Shown here in pieces: positions 23,266 to 33,577 of a stretch of 64,000 nt of DNA. Location: the IMG/VR virus record IMGVR_UViG_3300042398_001385, positions 89,315 through 153,314 of that record, one strand, 5' to 3'. Below the pieces are notes generated by a model. The model was not told the origin of the DNA and made no database searches. It saw only the letters and a program-made list of their open reading frames with translations. The stretch comes from a virus. Position 1 is the first letter of the stretch, and each line of letters starts with the position of its first letter. Made by a program: the position numbers and the translations under genes.

Positions 23266-24933
23266 CTATGATATCTTATCGAAAGAAATATCGGAGAAGT
23301 TATTTTTCTTAGCGATTTCTATTTTATAATCAAATATTTCAGTAGGCATAGGTGCATGGTTTATTACAAAAATGTTCATACCTAAATCATCAGATAATTT
23401 TCTAAGTGTGTTTAGAATACTATGAACTCCATCTGGATCTACTGAACTAAATATCTCATCCAGGAAAAGTATATTTACTGAAGAGAACCTTATTTTCATC
23501 AATTTTATAACGGCAATTAAAACAGCAAAATCAACTTTTTTCATTTCCCCAGTAGATAATGTACCGTGTGATATCTCCTCCCCTAGATGAAATATCTGTG
23601 CATTAAACTCTTCGTTAAATACCACCTTATATGGTAAATGTAGAGAAAGCAATGTATTTAATATCTCGTTATTTAAAGAGGGCAGTATCGATTTTATTGC
23701 TAATTGTTTTACTCCCTTTTCACTGAGCACCTCGTCTAGTGTTTTTACCCAAGATTGTTTTTCTTCAAATGTAACTTTCTCTTGATTAAAAGATGTGAGA
23801 TCCTCGTTTGCCTGGTTTAAAAGTTTTCTTATAGAATTAGCTTCGTCATTGTTTTTAGCTGTTTTAAGAGACTTTAATTTATCTTTTAGGGTTTTAATTC
23901 CATTTTCGATTTTACTTCCCTTAGAGAAAAGATCATTCTTGACATCAACTAAATCATTTTGTGATTTTTTTGAACTTTCATAATTCTTTTTTAAATCTTT
24001 AAGATCCTCGTCAGATTTTTCTTTTAATCTACATAGATCATCAAATATACTCTTATGAAAATCTGTTGATAAATCTGATGAACATGTTGGGCATTTATCT
24101 TGATTGTAAAGATTTATTTTGGAATTAATTTCTTTTATTTTAGATGCTAGGTCACTGTATTTCTCGTATGCTTTAGTTACTGCTCTGTTTATTTCGCTCT
24201 CACTAGTTTTAAAAGATTTAATCCTGTCAGTATGTAAAGATAAAAGATTCTTATAATTTTCTAACTGGTCCTCCGTCTTTTCTATCTCTGATCCAGAATT
24301 TTCAATTATTTTTTTCTGAAGCTCTTCCAATTCCTTCTGTGATGCTGATATAGATCTACCTGTAGCAAATATTTCACCAGTTAATCTATCAATGGAAGAT
24401 TTTATATTTTTACTTTCCTCTTTTAGAATATCTCTCATATCGTTTAAGATATAGAATCCAAAGATCTTGTCTATAATAAGCTTCTTGTCAGCTGTACTCA
24501 TTTTTAAGAAGCTTTTGAAGTCGTTTATCGAAAGAGATATTGTGTTATTGAAAACATAATAAGGTATTTTTAGAATATCATCGCTGAGATAATCCTGAAC
24601 ATTATTTTTTCCAGCTTGGTCATATATTTTTCCGTCTATAGAAAGTTGAAAGTGTGCGGGTTCTAATCCCCTTTCAACCTCATATATTTTACCGTCCTGT
24701 TCGAATTCTATTTTCATCCATGCAGATTTATTAGATCTGTTAGGAATATCTTTTAATTTTTTACCCTCTAACTTCCCGTATAGACCAAAAGTTATAACAT
24801 CAGATATGGTTGACTTACCTACACCATTCTCACCAAATACTTGAATTAAACCAGTATTCTCCGGCAATTCTAGCTTTTGTACTTTATTTCCGTAAGAGGC
24901 AACGTTCCTCCATTCAATCTTCTTGATCTTCAT
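23266..24933 (-). CDS. SbcC/Rad50-like recombination ATPase (gp46)
   Basis: GENGVGKS, CPTC zinc hook, LSTGE signature, FLDE. Confidence 0.93.
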   Translation of the reverse strand: MKIKKIEWRNVASYGNKVQKLELPENTGLIQVFGENGVGKSTISDVITFGLYGKLEGKKLKDIPNRSNKSAWMKIEFEQDGKIYEVERGLEPAHFQLSIDGKIYDQAGKNNVQDYLSDDILKIPYYVFNNTISLSINDFKSFLKMSTADKKLIIDKIFGFYILNDMRDILKEESKNIKSSIDRLTGEIFATGRSISASQKELEELQKKIIENSGSEIEKTEDQLENYKNLLSLHTDRIKSFKTSESEINRAVTKAYEKYSDLASKIKEINSKINLYNQDKCPTCSSDLSTDFHKSIFDDLCRLKEKSDEDLKDLKKNYESSKKSQNDLVDVKNDLFSKGSKIENGIKTLKDKLKSLKTAKNNDEANSIRKLLNQANEDLTSFNQEKVTFEEKQSWVKTLDEVLSEKGVKQLAIKSILPSLNNEILNTLLSLHLPYKVVFNEEFNAQIFHLGEEISHGTLSTGEMKKVDFAVLIAVIKLMKIRFSSVNILFLDEIFSSVDPDGVHSILNTLRKLSDDLGMNIFVINHAPMPTEIFDYKIEIAKKNNFSDISFDKIS

Positions 24934-26026
24934 CTTCTTTAATTTGTACCGAGACCTTATGTAATAGTTTTTCTATTGCAGAATATATTTTTGTTTTTTT
25001 GTCATCCTCATAGTTACATTTATCTAAATACAATTTAGTTAAGTCAAGGATGGAGAAGCTTTTACCCTCTAAATCGTGAAATCCTTCGTCTATTATTTCT
25101 TCCCCTGGATTTGTTATAGGAGTAAAAGATATCTTAAGTGGAGGATCAACGTATTCTGTTAAAAGTCCCAAAGGAGCTTTTACTGCTAATTCTGGATCTA
25201 CAAGGATATCTATAAAATTGTTTTTAAATATTTTATTTAATTCCTCTGGGGTTGAATTTATTACCTTGTCGAATGTTATTCTTACAAATTTGGGAGAATA
25301 ATTGTTATCATAATAGTCCTCATATCCTGTTTCAAGGTCAAGAACTGTTATTCCCTTAGGATTATCAGTATCAGATCTTGTTAGCTGATACGGAGATCCA
25401 AGCATTCTCATTTTACCAAAAGTCTGAGAATAATGGATATGTCCAGAATAAACTCTTTCAAATTTATCTATATCGCTATATTCTAATCCCTCATCTATCC
25501 TAACAAATTTATTAAACATTAATCCCTTAAGATCTGTGTGACAAAACATATAATCATGAGGCACAGCTACAGATTTTAATGTCTCTCTTTCAGCATCGTG
25601 ATCTTTTCTCCATGGCATTAGAAAAACTTTTCTGTCTCCCATGATAATAGATTCGGGCTGTTCGTATATTTTTATTCTAGGAATCCATTTTAAAGATTTA
25701 AGTGAGTTAACATCATTTGTGTTTTTACCGTAAATGTCATGGTTACCACATATTATGAATATTCCATCTTTAAAAATATCGGAGAGAGATTCAAATATTT
25801 CTATTCCTAAATTAAGAACCCTTAGATTTAAAGATTGTCTACTGTCATAAACATCTCCTAAATGAACTAAGCAGTCTCCAGGTTTATAGATCTTTTTACA
25901 GAAAGGTATAAACCAATTTTTAAAATAGTCCTCGTGTATTTCTATCCAATCGTTGGAATTATTTCTTACACCTAGGTGAGTATCTGTTATAAATATTATT
26001 CTTTTAATGTTTGGGAATTTGTCCAT
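24914..26026 (-). CDS. SbcD/Mre11-like nuclease (gp47)
   Basis: DTHLG, GDVYD, GNHD and SGHIH metallophosphoesterase motifs. Confidence 0.93.
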   Translation of the reverse strand: MDKFPNIKRIIFITDTHLGVRNNSNDWIEIHEDYFKNWFIPFCKKIYKPGDCLVHLGDVYDSRQSLNLRVLNLGIEIFESLSDIFKDGIFIICGNHDIYGKNTNDVNSLKSLKWIPRIKIYEQPESIIMGDRKVFLMPWRKDHDAERETLKSVAVPHDYMFCHTDLKGLMFNKFVRIDEGLEYSDIDKFERVYSGHIHYSQTFGKMRMLGSPYQLTRSDTDNPKGITVLDLETGYEDYYDNNYSPKFVRITFDKVINSTPEELNKIFKNNFIDILVDPELAVKAPLGLLTEYVDPPLKISFTPITNPGEEIIDEGFHDLEGKSFSILDLTKLYLDKCNYEDDKKTKIYSAIEKLLHKVSVQIKEDEDQED

Positions 26027-26499
26027 TAAAATATTTTTTTAATTCCTTTTTTTCCTAATATCCCGTATTTCTGATCCATTTCTTGTACTATAAGTTCTTT
26101 ATATTTCATATGGATAGATTCATAAGCCTTCTGATAATTTATTGCTGTATAATCACAAATAGCTACAAATTTTTCAACCATGCTGTATTCAGTGCTTTCT
26201 AGTTCTTTCAGTATATCCTGAAATATTAATGGTATAAGATCCTTTGGTATTTTCTTACTTGGATTTATAATTGTCCATCTAGATTCTTGGAATATTTCGT
26301 CTATTTTATCATTTAGGTTACATGAATATATGTAGTCTTCATCCTCGTAAGTTACGACAGATTGAAGGCTTCTATAGTCTAGATTAGGATCGGATTCCAT
26401 CTCTTCCTCCGATGATTCTTCCTCTTTTTCCTGCTCTAGCTCTTGGTCTATATTTAGGTCGTCTTTTTCATCTTCAATTAATTTTCTTTGCTTTTTCAT
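26026..26499 (-). CDS. Hypothetical protein, possibly gp33-like late transcription coactivator
   Basis: C-terminal helical pattern (AICDY...KYKELIVQE...IL) reminiscent of gp33; inference only. Confidence 0.4.
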   Translation of the reverse strand: MKKQRKLIEDEKDDLNIDQELEQEKEEESSEEEMESDPNLDYRSLQSVVTYEDEDYIYSCNLNDKIDEIFQESRWTIINPSKKIPKDLIPLIFQDILKELESTEYSMVEKFVAICDYTAINYQKAYESIHMKYKELIVQEMDQKYGILGKKGIKKIF

Positions 26500-27800
26500 T
26501 GATCATTCATTATTTGAGAATTGGGATCCTCAGAAATTCTCATATGGTTATAATCAACCAAAAATTTCTTATAAGAGTTTTTATACCCTTCGTCCCTATT
26601 TGCTAATAGCTTTAGCTTATATTCGTTATTCGTGTACATCATCGGATCTTGTATAATCCCAAACATACCATCTACCGTAGCAACTAATCCTGATGATTCA
26701 GAAGCTGAATTCATACTTAAATCAGTAGCATCAAATTCACTTTGTTTAGTTTGTGTTGCTGTAACAATAGCCCATTGGTTTCTTTGAGCAGCTGCTCTTA
26801 AATCCTCTGCTATTTGTTTGATCTTCATATATGTATTTTCGGAGTTAGGATTTCTCCAGTTCTTCATAATGTTGATATAGTCAATTATTACAATCTTAAA
26901 TTTTATACCCAATATCTGTTCAACTTTAGTTAACCAGTTTTCCACGTCTATTGCAGATGCTTGAGAAGTTGGGAATTCCTTAACTACTAATTCTCCAGGA
27001 GTTCTAAGATTTTCAAAAGCTAAATTTGTAATCTTCTTTTTTATTAAAACATCGTTCTCTGCACTATCTTTATATTCAGACATTCGTATACCTAATAGAT
27101 TAGATCCTAGCCTTTTCATATATTTCCTGTCTCCTAATTCTAGTGTAATAATAGCTACATTATTAGAAGCTCTGATCGCCTGTGTTGCTATATTACCAAG
27201 CCATAATGTTTTACCAACTTTAGGTTGGCCTAATAAAACATATAATCCTTTGGCAGAAAATCCACCTCCTAAGCAAAAATCGATATAATCATATCCACTG
27301 GAGAAGGTTAAATTGCTAGGCTGTTTATGAGATTCGGGATCTCTAAAGTTAAGCCCCATATCAAAAGAAAAGTCGACTTTATTTCGGTCGACTACTATAG
27401 ATTTATAGGTGTTTATTACATCCTTAATGTTATCGGGTGTTACATCAGTACTTCTTATATAGTTTATAGAATCAACTGCACTTTTCTCTAGAGTTTTCCA
27501 TTCAATCCATGATTCTACATTTTGTTCTAACCAATCTATATCATAGTCCTCCAGATTTATCATCCACATTGAATCTAATAAAGAATCGTGTAGCTTATCG
27601 TCTATCTTTAAGAGCTTAGCAGATTCCCTTACTTGTATCTTACTTGGTATCTGTTGATATTTTTTCCAAAAAGACTTTATTACTTTAAATGCTTCCTGAT
27701 AGTCAGTGTTTTTAAAAAAACTAACATCAGTAGCATCTATATAAGCAGGGTTTTCTATTACTGCTCTAAACCAAATATTTTCTAAGTGTTGATTCTGCAT
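26496..27800 (-). CDS. Replicative DnaB-like helicase (gp41)
   Basis: GQPKVGKT, ITLEL, IIDYIN, TATQ, SES motifs. Confidence 0.92.
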   Translation of the reverse strand: MQNQHLENIWFRAVIENPAYIDATDVSFFKNTDYQEAFKVIKSFWKKYQQIPSKIQVRESAKLLKIDDKLHDSLLDSMWMINLEDYDIDWLEQNVESWIEWKTLEKSAVDSINYIRSTDVTPDNIKDVINTYKSIVVDRNKVDFSFDMGLNFRDPESHKQPSNLTFSSGYDYIDFCLGGGFSAKGLYVLLGQPKVGKTLWLGNIATQAIRASNNVAIITLELGDRKYMKRLGSNLLGIRMSEYKDSAENDVLIKKKITNLAFENLRTPGELVVKEFPTSQASAIDVENWLTKVEQILGIKFKIVIIDYINIMKNWRNPNSENTYMKIKQIAEDLRAAAQRNQWAIVTATQTKQSEFDATDLSMNSASESSGLVATVDGMFGIIQDPMMYTNNEYKLKLLANRDEGYKNSYKKFLVDYNHMRISEDPNSQIMNDQ

Positions 27801-27803
27801 TTT

Positions 27804-28097
27804 TTAATAATGTGGATTATCCTTTATTTTGTACCAATTTTTATTCCCTATACTTTTCTCTGTTTTTTCAAATACTTCAGATTCTATTAATTCTTTTACT
27901 AATTTTCCATGATTAGTTTTCTCCCAACCTGGATTTAAAAAAGAATTAAAAGTTTGATCTGAAAATTCTCCATCTGGCCTTCCGTCTCTAACTAGATACG
28001 AATTTAGCTCATAGATTATATCTTCTTTTGTTGGATATTCAGGAAGATCTTTCCATATTCCTAGAAGATATTTTAATTTAAGCTTGTTCTTCTCCAT
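27804..28097 (-). CDS. Hypothetical protein
   Basis: ORF coupled within the operon. Confidence 0.6.
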   Translation of the reverse strand: MEKNKLKLKYLLGIWKDLPEYPTKEDIIYELNSYLVRDGRPDGEFSDQTFNSFLNPGWEKTNHGKLVKELIESEVFEKTEKSIGNKNWYKIKDNPHY

Positions 28098-29259
28098 TTT
28101 CTTCTACTTCTGATTCTTCATTTTCAGGATTAGCTAATTCTTCTAATTCTGTTTCATCAAAAAGATCTGGCAATAAGAAATGAGGTTTAATAGCTTTTTC
28201 GTCAATCATATGCAGTACTTCGTCTGTAAATATTTCCGAACTAAATAATTGAGAGGATGTAACGGTTTTGCCCAAATGCTTAATTGCCCATCTGGTAGAA
28301 GAAGCATTGGGTGTAAATTCCATTTCTCCTGTTTTCTTGTCAACCTCCAATTTACCTCTTTCAATTCCGCAAATTTCCCAAGAAACAAAATCTTGTAATC
28401 CAACATAAGCATTCATACCATTCATAAATGAGATATGAAACTTAACTGGATAAGGTCTAGTAAATCTTGCTTTCTTTGGAGTAGAAGTTACAACAATACC
28501 AGTTCTTGTATTATCACTTCCTTCTTTTAATTGTGCTTTAGAAAGCATAATAACATTACTCATTGAGAAGATTGGTCCATCACCACCTGCAGCTTCTTTT
28601 GTTGGCATAAATCCTCCAATGTTACCAGTAGTTGTGTGGTTAGTACAAATCAATGGAATTTTAACTGCTGTAAGATCTAATGTAATAACTCTGAATAAAG
28701 ATCTTAATTCCTTAGATCTAATACCCATATCCATTACACTTTTACCTTTTAGTGCATCCCCTGATTCTTTATCAGTAGATAACATTCCTAATGAATCCAA
28801 GATAATAGCAATCTTAGGATCTGCTCCTTCTTTTCTATAAGTTTTAACCTTATCAACTAAATTAGCTACAAAAACTTTAAAATCTGAAATAGTCTTAATC
28901 GGTTGATATCTCACTCTATTAGTATCGATACCGAATTTTTTTGCTCCTGTCTTATCAATAGCACCTTCAGTATCACAATAGATTACGTTGTAATCTTTTT
29001 TCTGTGCCTCTCTTACTATATTCATACATAAGAAAGATTTACCTGTTTGTGGATCTCCTGCAATACCCATTGATCTATTGTTTGCAATACCACCAAATAG
29101 AGTACCTGATAACTGTGCATTTAATAAATAGTTACCTGTAGGAATCCAATCTCCGACCTCGGAGAAATCGTTAGTTTCTAAAATTGATCCCATTTCAAAT
29201 CCTTCTATTTTAGATAGGGATTTGTCTAATTCTGCGAATGAAAATTCTTTTTTTGCCAT
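28078..29259 (-). CDS. uvsX: RecA-like recombinase UvsX
   Basis: GDPQTGKS, DTEGA, LDSLG, TNH and GG motifs typical of T4-like UvsX. Confidence 0.92.
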   Translation of the reverse strand: MAKKEFSFAELDKSLSKIEGFEMGSILETNDFSEVGDWIPTGNYLLNAQLSGTLFGGIANNRSMGIAGDPQTGKSFLCMNIVREAQKKDYNVIYCDTEGAIDKTGAKKFGIDTNRVRYQPIKTISDFKVFVANLVDKVKTYRKEGADPKIAIILDSLGMLSTDKESGDALKGKSVMDMGIRSKELRSLFRVITLDLTAVKIPLICTNHTTTGNIGGFMPTKEAAGGDGPIFSMSNVIMLSKAQLKEGSDNTRTGIVVTSTPKKARFTRPYPVKFHISFMNGMNAYVGLQDFVSWEICGIERGKLEVDKKTGEMEFTPNASSTRWAIKHLGKTVTSSQLFSSEIFTDEVLHMIDEKAIKPHFLLPDLFDETELEELANPENEESEVEENGEEQA

Positions 29260-29270
29260 CTTTATTTTTC

Positions 29271-29576
29271 TTATTTAGTTATTTTACACATTGCCCTAGT
29301 AATAATTTCAGAATCCTTTAATTCTTCATTTCCAAATCTTCCGTCCATTTCTCTAAGAATGTACAGATCTTTTCCAATTTCTCTTGCTACATTTTCTAAT
29401 TGTTCTTTTTCTTTAGTGACATCAATATCACCATACCAAATTTTACCCTCCCCTAAAACAAAAATGTTTGCATTGAAATAAACCTCGTTGTCTGGGAATC
29501 GATCTCTATATCCAGATTTAGAGAAAGAAAGCATTCTACCAGAAAATAATTTTTCATTTTCAAAAATCGATTCCAT
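29271..29576 (-). CDS. Hypothetical protein
   Basis: ORF track. Confidence 0.65.
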   Translation of the reverse strand: MESIFENEKLFSGRMLSFSKSGYRDRFPDNEVYFNANIFVLGEGKIWYGDIDVTKEKEQLENVAREIGKDLYILREMDGRFGNEELKDSEIITRAMCKITK

Positions 29577-29634
29577 AATTCCTTATATTTTAATAATCTT
29601 ATATTATAGAGGAAAAATTAAAAAAGATTCGTAT

Positions 29635-29889
29635 TTAGATATTATTTCTTAAATACAAAAGTCGTGAGCAAGATTCGAAATTTTGATTCGTTTCGTTCCA
29701 CTCTATTAAATAGTCTAGGATTTTTATTGTTTTGTCCTTATCCTCACTCAGAGATTCTTCGAGCAAATAAGGGGAGGAAAGCCAGAGCTTTGTTTTTTTA
29801 TCTGGGTCTATGGAGTATACAGGTTTCTCTATATACAAAAAAAATCTGCCATCAGCAGATTTTTTGATATATCGTTTTCCTTTTTCCAT
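29635..29889 (-). CDS. Small protein with UVR-like C-terminal motif
   Basis: ETNQNFESCSRL; own GAAAC-N18-TATA promoter. Confidence 0.55.
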   Translation of the reverse strand: MEKGKRYIKKSADGRFFLYIEKPVYSIDPDKKTKLWLSSPYLLEESLSEDKDKTIKILDYLIEWNETNQNFESCSRLLYLRNNI

Positions 29890-29926
29890 ATTTATATTAT
29901 ATGGAAAAACTTGGAAAAAGTTTCTT

Positions 29927-30235
29927 TTATTTTACAAGATCTTTAAAAGAATTTTTTATGTAATCATTCTTTATTTTTCTTGATAATTTAAGAACGTAAT
30001 CGCACTTTTCGTATTCCTCTGTAGATTCAAAATGTGATATAAGTCTTTCAAAAAGATCCGTTCCTAAGAATTTATTTAAAGGATTTCCTTCTTCAAAAGC
30101 TTTATCTCCCTCCAATAACATATAATCATACAGTTTTCTTGTTTGAGCGTCATACATTCTATCTATATCACTCTCTAATTTTTCTAATCTGTTTATTTCT
30201 TCTGGTTCCATTTTGCTTATTTTTTTATATACCAA
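29927..30235 (-). CDS. Small protein with UVR-like C-terminal motif
   Basis: FESTEEYEKCDYV. Confidence 0.55.
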   Translation of the reverse strand: MVYKKISKMEPEEINRLEKLESDIDRMYDAQTRKLYDYMLLEGDKAFEEGNPLNKFLGTDLFERLISHFESTEEYEKCDYVLKLSRKIKNDYIKNSFKDLVK

Positions 30236-30270
30236 ATGTAGAGTAATTTGAATCTTTAAAAAAATGATTC

Positions 30271-30624
30271 CTATAAATAACTTTTATAATTTATAAATAT
30301 TTCTTCTCCGGGATCTATATCCCTAGTTGTAAAGAATATTATCTTGTTTTTGGATTTATCTGTATTCCAATCAGCATTATAAGATTCCTCAGAATGATTA
30401 AATATACTACCGTATCCTAAACATATAACTATACCATCTATCTCTCCCTTAGGCCAACTAAAGAAATAGTCATTTAATATTTGGGGATATTCAAAATCCG
30501 GTGGTACTTTTATAAAATGACATTCTTCTAAAAGTTCACCCTTTTTAATCCTATCGGAAGAAAAAACCCCTCTACCATGTACCAAGGATTCTTCTACATA
30601 AATTTTATTTGATCTATAAAGCAT
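30271..30624 (-). CDS. SET-domain methyltransferase
   Basis: GRGVF, IFNHS and RDIxxGEEIFINY SET motifs. Confidence 0.9.
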   Translation of the reverse strand: MLYRSNKIYVEESLVHGRGVFSSDRIKKGELLEECHFIKVPPDFEYPQILNDYFFSWPKGEIDGIVICLGYGSIFNHSEESYNADWNTDKSKNKIIFFTTRDIDPGEEIFINYKSYL

Positions 30625-30693
30625 GTTTTTTATATTGTATAGATGAAAAAGATTTCAGATGTAAAATATGATATATAATAGAAAACCTTCTTA

Positions 30694-31494
30694 ATGAACA
30701 ATATTCTTACCATAGAGAACTATTTATTAGAGAATAGACAACCAATATTTTTTACAGAGGAACAAATCAAAGAATCCCTCGAATATCTAAACTCTGAGGA
30801 TCCAGCATTAATGGAAGCTTGGTATAATACTGTACTAGACTTTGCAGCTCTTATACCAGGAGTAGGATCAGTAGCAGAGGGTATAAATTTAGTATCTTAC
30901 GCAAAACAAGGAGAATATCTTCTAGCAGGTTTATGTGCTATAGGATTAATTCCAATTTTTGGTCAATATGTAGGAGCTGGGGGATCACTATTAGTTAAAG
31001 CACTAGGAAAAGGAGCTTCATTAGGATCGTCTATACTTAAACCTTTAATTAATGTTGTAGCTAAATTTTTTCCTAAAATAGTAGCATTTTTAAAAAGTTC
31101 TAAGTTTTTAACTAAGTTTTCTGGAATTGCACCTTTTGTTGGAAAAATCATTGGCTCTCTTAAAAATTTCATATTAAAAGGAGGATCTAAATTAACTGCA
31201 TTAGCTACTAATGCTTCTAAAATTAAAGCACTAAGATCAACTACAAGAGAAGTTAAAACTGGTTATAAAGCTTATAATTGGTTATTCGGTCCTAAAGATA
31301 CACCACAGGTTTCAACTACTCCAAGTATTGCTGGGTATTCAGGAAATTCTTCAGTTTCTCCTGAATATCAAATACCAGTTCCTAAAGATGCTTATATGGC
31401 TTATCAAGGAACTCCGCTTAAAAATATTAGACCATATACAGATATGGAAATATCTCAAGCAGAAATGGCTCAGGATTGGGAAAAATATCTATAA
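30694..31494 (+). CDS. Protein with pre-toxin-TG-like hydrophobic region and shared N-terminal motif
   Basis: LDFAALIPGVGSVAEGIN...GEYLLAGLCAIGLIPIFG; GATATATA at 30670. Confidence 0.6.
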   Translation: MNNILTIENYLLENRQPIFFTEEQIKESLEYLNSEDPALMEAWYNTVLDFAALIPGVGSVAEGINLVSYAKQGEYLLAGLCAIGLIPIFGQYVGAGGSLLVKALGKGASLGSSILKPLINVVAKFFPKIVAFLKSSKFLTKFSGIAPFVGKIIGSLKNFILKGGSKLTALATNASKIKALRSTTREVKTGYKAYNWLFGPKDTPQVSTTPSIAGYSGNSSVSPEYQIPVPKDAYMAYQGTPLKNIRPYTDMEISQAEMAQDWEKYL

Positions 31495-31501
31495 AAAATA
31501 C

Positions 31502-31528
31502 AAACCCAGGATCTCTCCTGGGTTTTTT
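31502..31528 (+). terminator. Intrinsic terminator between convergent genes
   Basis: AAACCCAGGA/TCCTGGGTTT stem plus U-tract. Confidence 0.85.
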
Positions 31529-31540
31529 GTGTAGCATGGT

Positions 31541-32338
31541 TTAGATCTTAGATCCGCAATTAGGACAGAATTTCCAAGTTTGTTTTTTCATTCTAGTTCC
31601 ACAGTCGGTGCAATAGTTTCTTATAGAAGAAGTCTCTAATGGTTTTTGAGATTCCGGTAATATTCTGTATTTAATAATTGTTTCTGCTATATCCATAAAA
31701 TTTGCAGAAACACTTATAAATTCTTGATTACTAGATTCGCCCATTTCAACCCTTCCAGTTTCTAAGCTATTGCTAGCATTTGATCCTTTAACTGAATCGT
31801 TAGTCATACTGGTAGTAGTAAATAAATTGTTTATTGTTGATCCACCTACCGATAAGCTTGAGTCCGAACAATAAGATCCCAAGACATCAGAGCTGTAATA
31901 AATCCCAGTAGATCCTCCAATATTAATTGTTGGATTGTAAAGAGATCCTTTAAAATAACCGCTTCCGGTATAATTAGTTAAAGGTAGTGATTCTTTATAG
32001 AAAGAAACCTCTAACATACCATTATCAATTATAGCTTTAAGAGCCTCATCAGATTTATCAACCTCATATGTTTCAAAAAGAAACTTATTATTAGTATCAA
32101 TAAATCTTTCTAGATAGATTCTTTCTCCTGGTCTTAAAATAATACCAGATTCGGAAATACTCTTACCGTTTAGATTGATCTTTGCAAGGACCCTTGCTGT
32201 TGTGGGATTGAATAATTCAATCTCGAAATTTTCTCCGTCTTTAAGGTAGACTGAATCACCATAGATCTTAGATCTATTTCTGTTTCTTGTGATGTGTGCA
32301 GTACAGCCCACATTCACGCTTGGCGTTGAATAATACAT
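31541..32338 (-). CDS. Hypothetical protein with C-terminal zinc ribbon
   Basis: CTDCG...CPNCG. Confidence 0.7.
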   Translation of the reverse strand: MYYSTPSVNVGCTAHITRNRNRSKIYGDSVYLKDGENFEIELFNPTTARVLAKINLNGKSISESGIILRPGERIYLERFIDTNNKFLFETYEVDKSDEALKAIIDNGMLEVSFYKESLPLTNYTGSGYFKGSLYNPTINIGGSTGIYYSSDVLGSYCSDSSLSVGGSTINNLFTTTSMTNDSVKGSNASNSLETGRVEMGESSNQEFISVSANFMDIAETIIKYRILPESQKPLETSSIRNYCTDCGTRMKKQTWKFCPNCGSKI

Positions 32339-32446
32339 AAAGATTATTTTATTTGGCCCCTTCCTTTGCGTCCATTTCTGAAAACTCTACGGTTCGTTGA
32401 CCGGGAAGTGACTAGAAACCTCTAGTTCTATTATTATATAACTCTA

Positions 32447-32728
32447 TTAATAAAAGTTCCCGAATTTAGCTACAGGAATATACTCTTTTACAAGCTCCGA
32501 ATGTATTAGTTGAGGAATTCTCTTGTATTCTTTATACCATTTATTACATACGTAAATCTCGCTACCTCTAGGATCTTCTATTATTTCTACCACATCATAT
32601 TCTGCTTCCTCGAAAGGACCTATAGGTTTTGTTATAACTTTTCCTATGACTGGCATTCTAGTTACATCCTCTCCACTGTACTCTATATTTTCTTTTATGT
32701 GGAATTCTTTTAATTTCTTTATTTTCAT
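32447..32728 (-). CDS. Hypothetical protein with shared N-terminal motif
   Basis: MKIKKLKEFHIKE. Confidence 0.65.
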   Translation of the reverse strand: MKIKKLKEFHIKENIEYSGEDVTRMPVIGKVITKPIGPFEEAEYDVVEIIEDPRGSEIYVCNKWYKEYKRIPQLIHSELVKEYIPVAKFGNFY

Positions 32729-33564
32729 TTCGTAGTATTTATTCCTAAGGGCACAGTGTTAGCATTAGACTGCTTAGATTTTTCTGTGTTTGCTAAATCT
32801 TGTTGTTGTATTTCTTGATTGAGATACGGGTCTTCTATTGAATCTAATAATCCTCTATAATATTCCAAAGGTTTTTTTTCTCTATAAGATTCAGGATCTG
32901 CAAATGCTCCGGAGAAATTACCCAATATATAATTATTGTTATCGTCTTGCTCTATATCGCTATTAAATACCTGGTCTATGTATTCATAGTAGTTTTTCTT
33001 TGATTTTCCCCCTGAAGGAAATTTCTTAAAAGTTTCCATGTTTTTGTCGACAACATATTCTGGAAATTCCCATTTCCAATCTTTTCTTATAGTCTCTGGA
33101 TAAAAAGTTAATGAAGCAAAATCTCCAGGAGACATTTCACCTTTTAAATTCATTTCAGAAAGCCAGGATTTATAAAATGCTCTAACTAGATCTAGCTGAT
33201 CAACATTTGACATTTGTATAACATCGTTAGGTGTATAATACTTACCGCTATCTGGATTTATAAATGTTTTTAATAAAGAAGGCATAAAAGATAATAAACC
33301 AACTTGTCCAGATACAGGATCCTTATACTTAGGATCGAATCTACTCTCGTGAAATATAGTATGTAGTAACCATTGTGGTTTTATTCCAATTTCCTCTGAT
33401 ATTTTTATTAATTTCTTAAGGAATGAATTTCTGTTTTCTTCTATAAGATTAGTATAAGGTAATTCAGTAACGGTTTCCATCTTATACGAAGATGGATCCA
33501 TTTTTTCTATCTTATTGCTTTCTAATAAATAAAAACTTTTAAAATCTTTTAGATGTCTTAGCAT
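32725..33564 (-). CDS. Lysozyme-fold / lytic transglycosylase-like protein with shared N-terminal motif
   Basis: IFHESRFDP (catalytic Glu), GLLSFMP, QLDLV; MLRHLKDFKSFYLLE. Confidence 0.7.
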   Translation of the reverse strand: MLRHLKDFKSFYLLESNKIEKMDPSSYKMETVTELPYTNLIEENRNSFLKKLIKISEEIGIKPQWLLHTIFHESRFDPKYKDPVSGQVGLLSFMPSLLKTFINPDSGKYYTPNDVIQMSNVDQLDLVRAFYKSWLSEMNLKGEMSPGDFASLTFYPETIRKDWKWEFPEYVVDKNMETFKKFPSGGKSKKNYYEYIDQVFNSDIEQDDNNNYILGNFSGAFADPESYREKKPLEYYRGLLDSIEDPYLNQEIQQQDLANTEKSKQSNANTVPLGINTTK

Positions 33565-33577
33565 CTAATATATATCC

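Noticed and set aside
32345-32430. Possible c-di-GMP-I riboswitch (GGACGCAAAG) upstream of 31541-32338
   Set aside because: Only one short motif matches; no GNRA-capped stem or following receptor stem. It may still be a structured UTR
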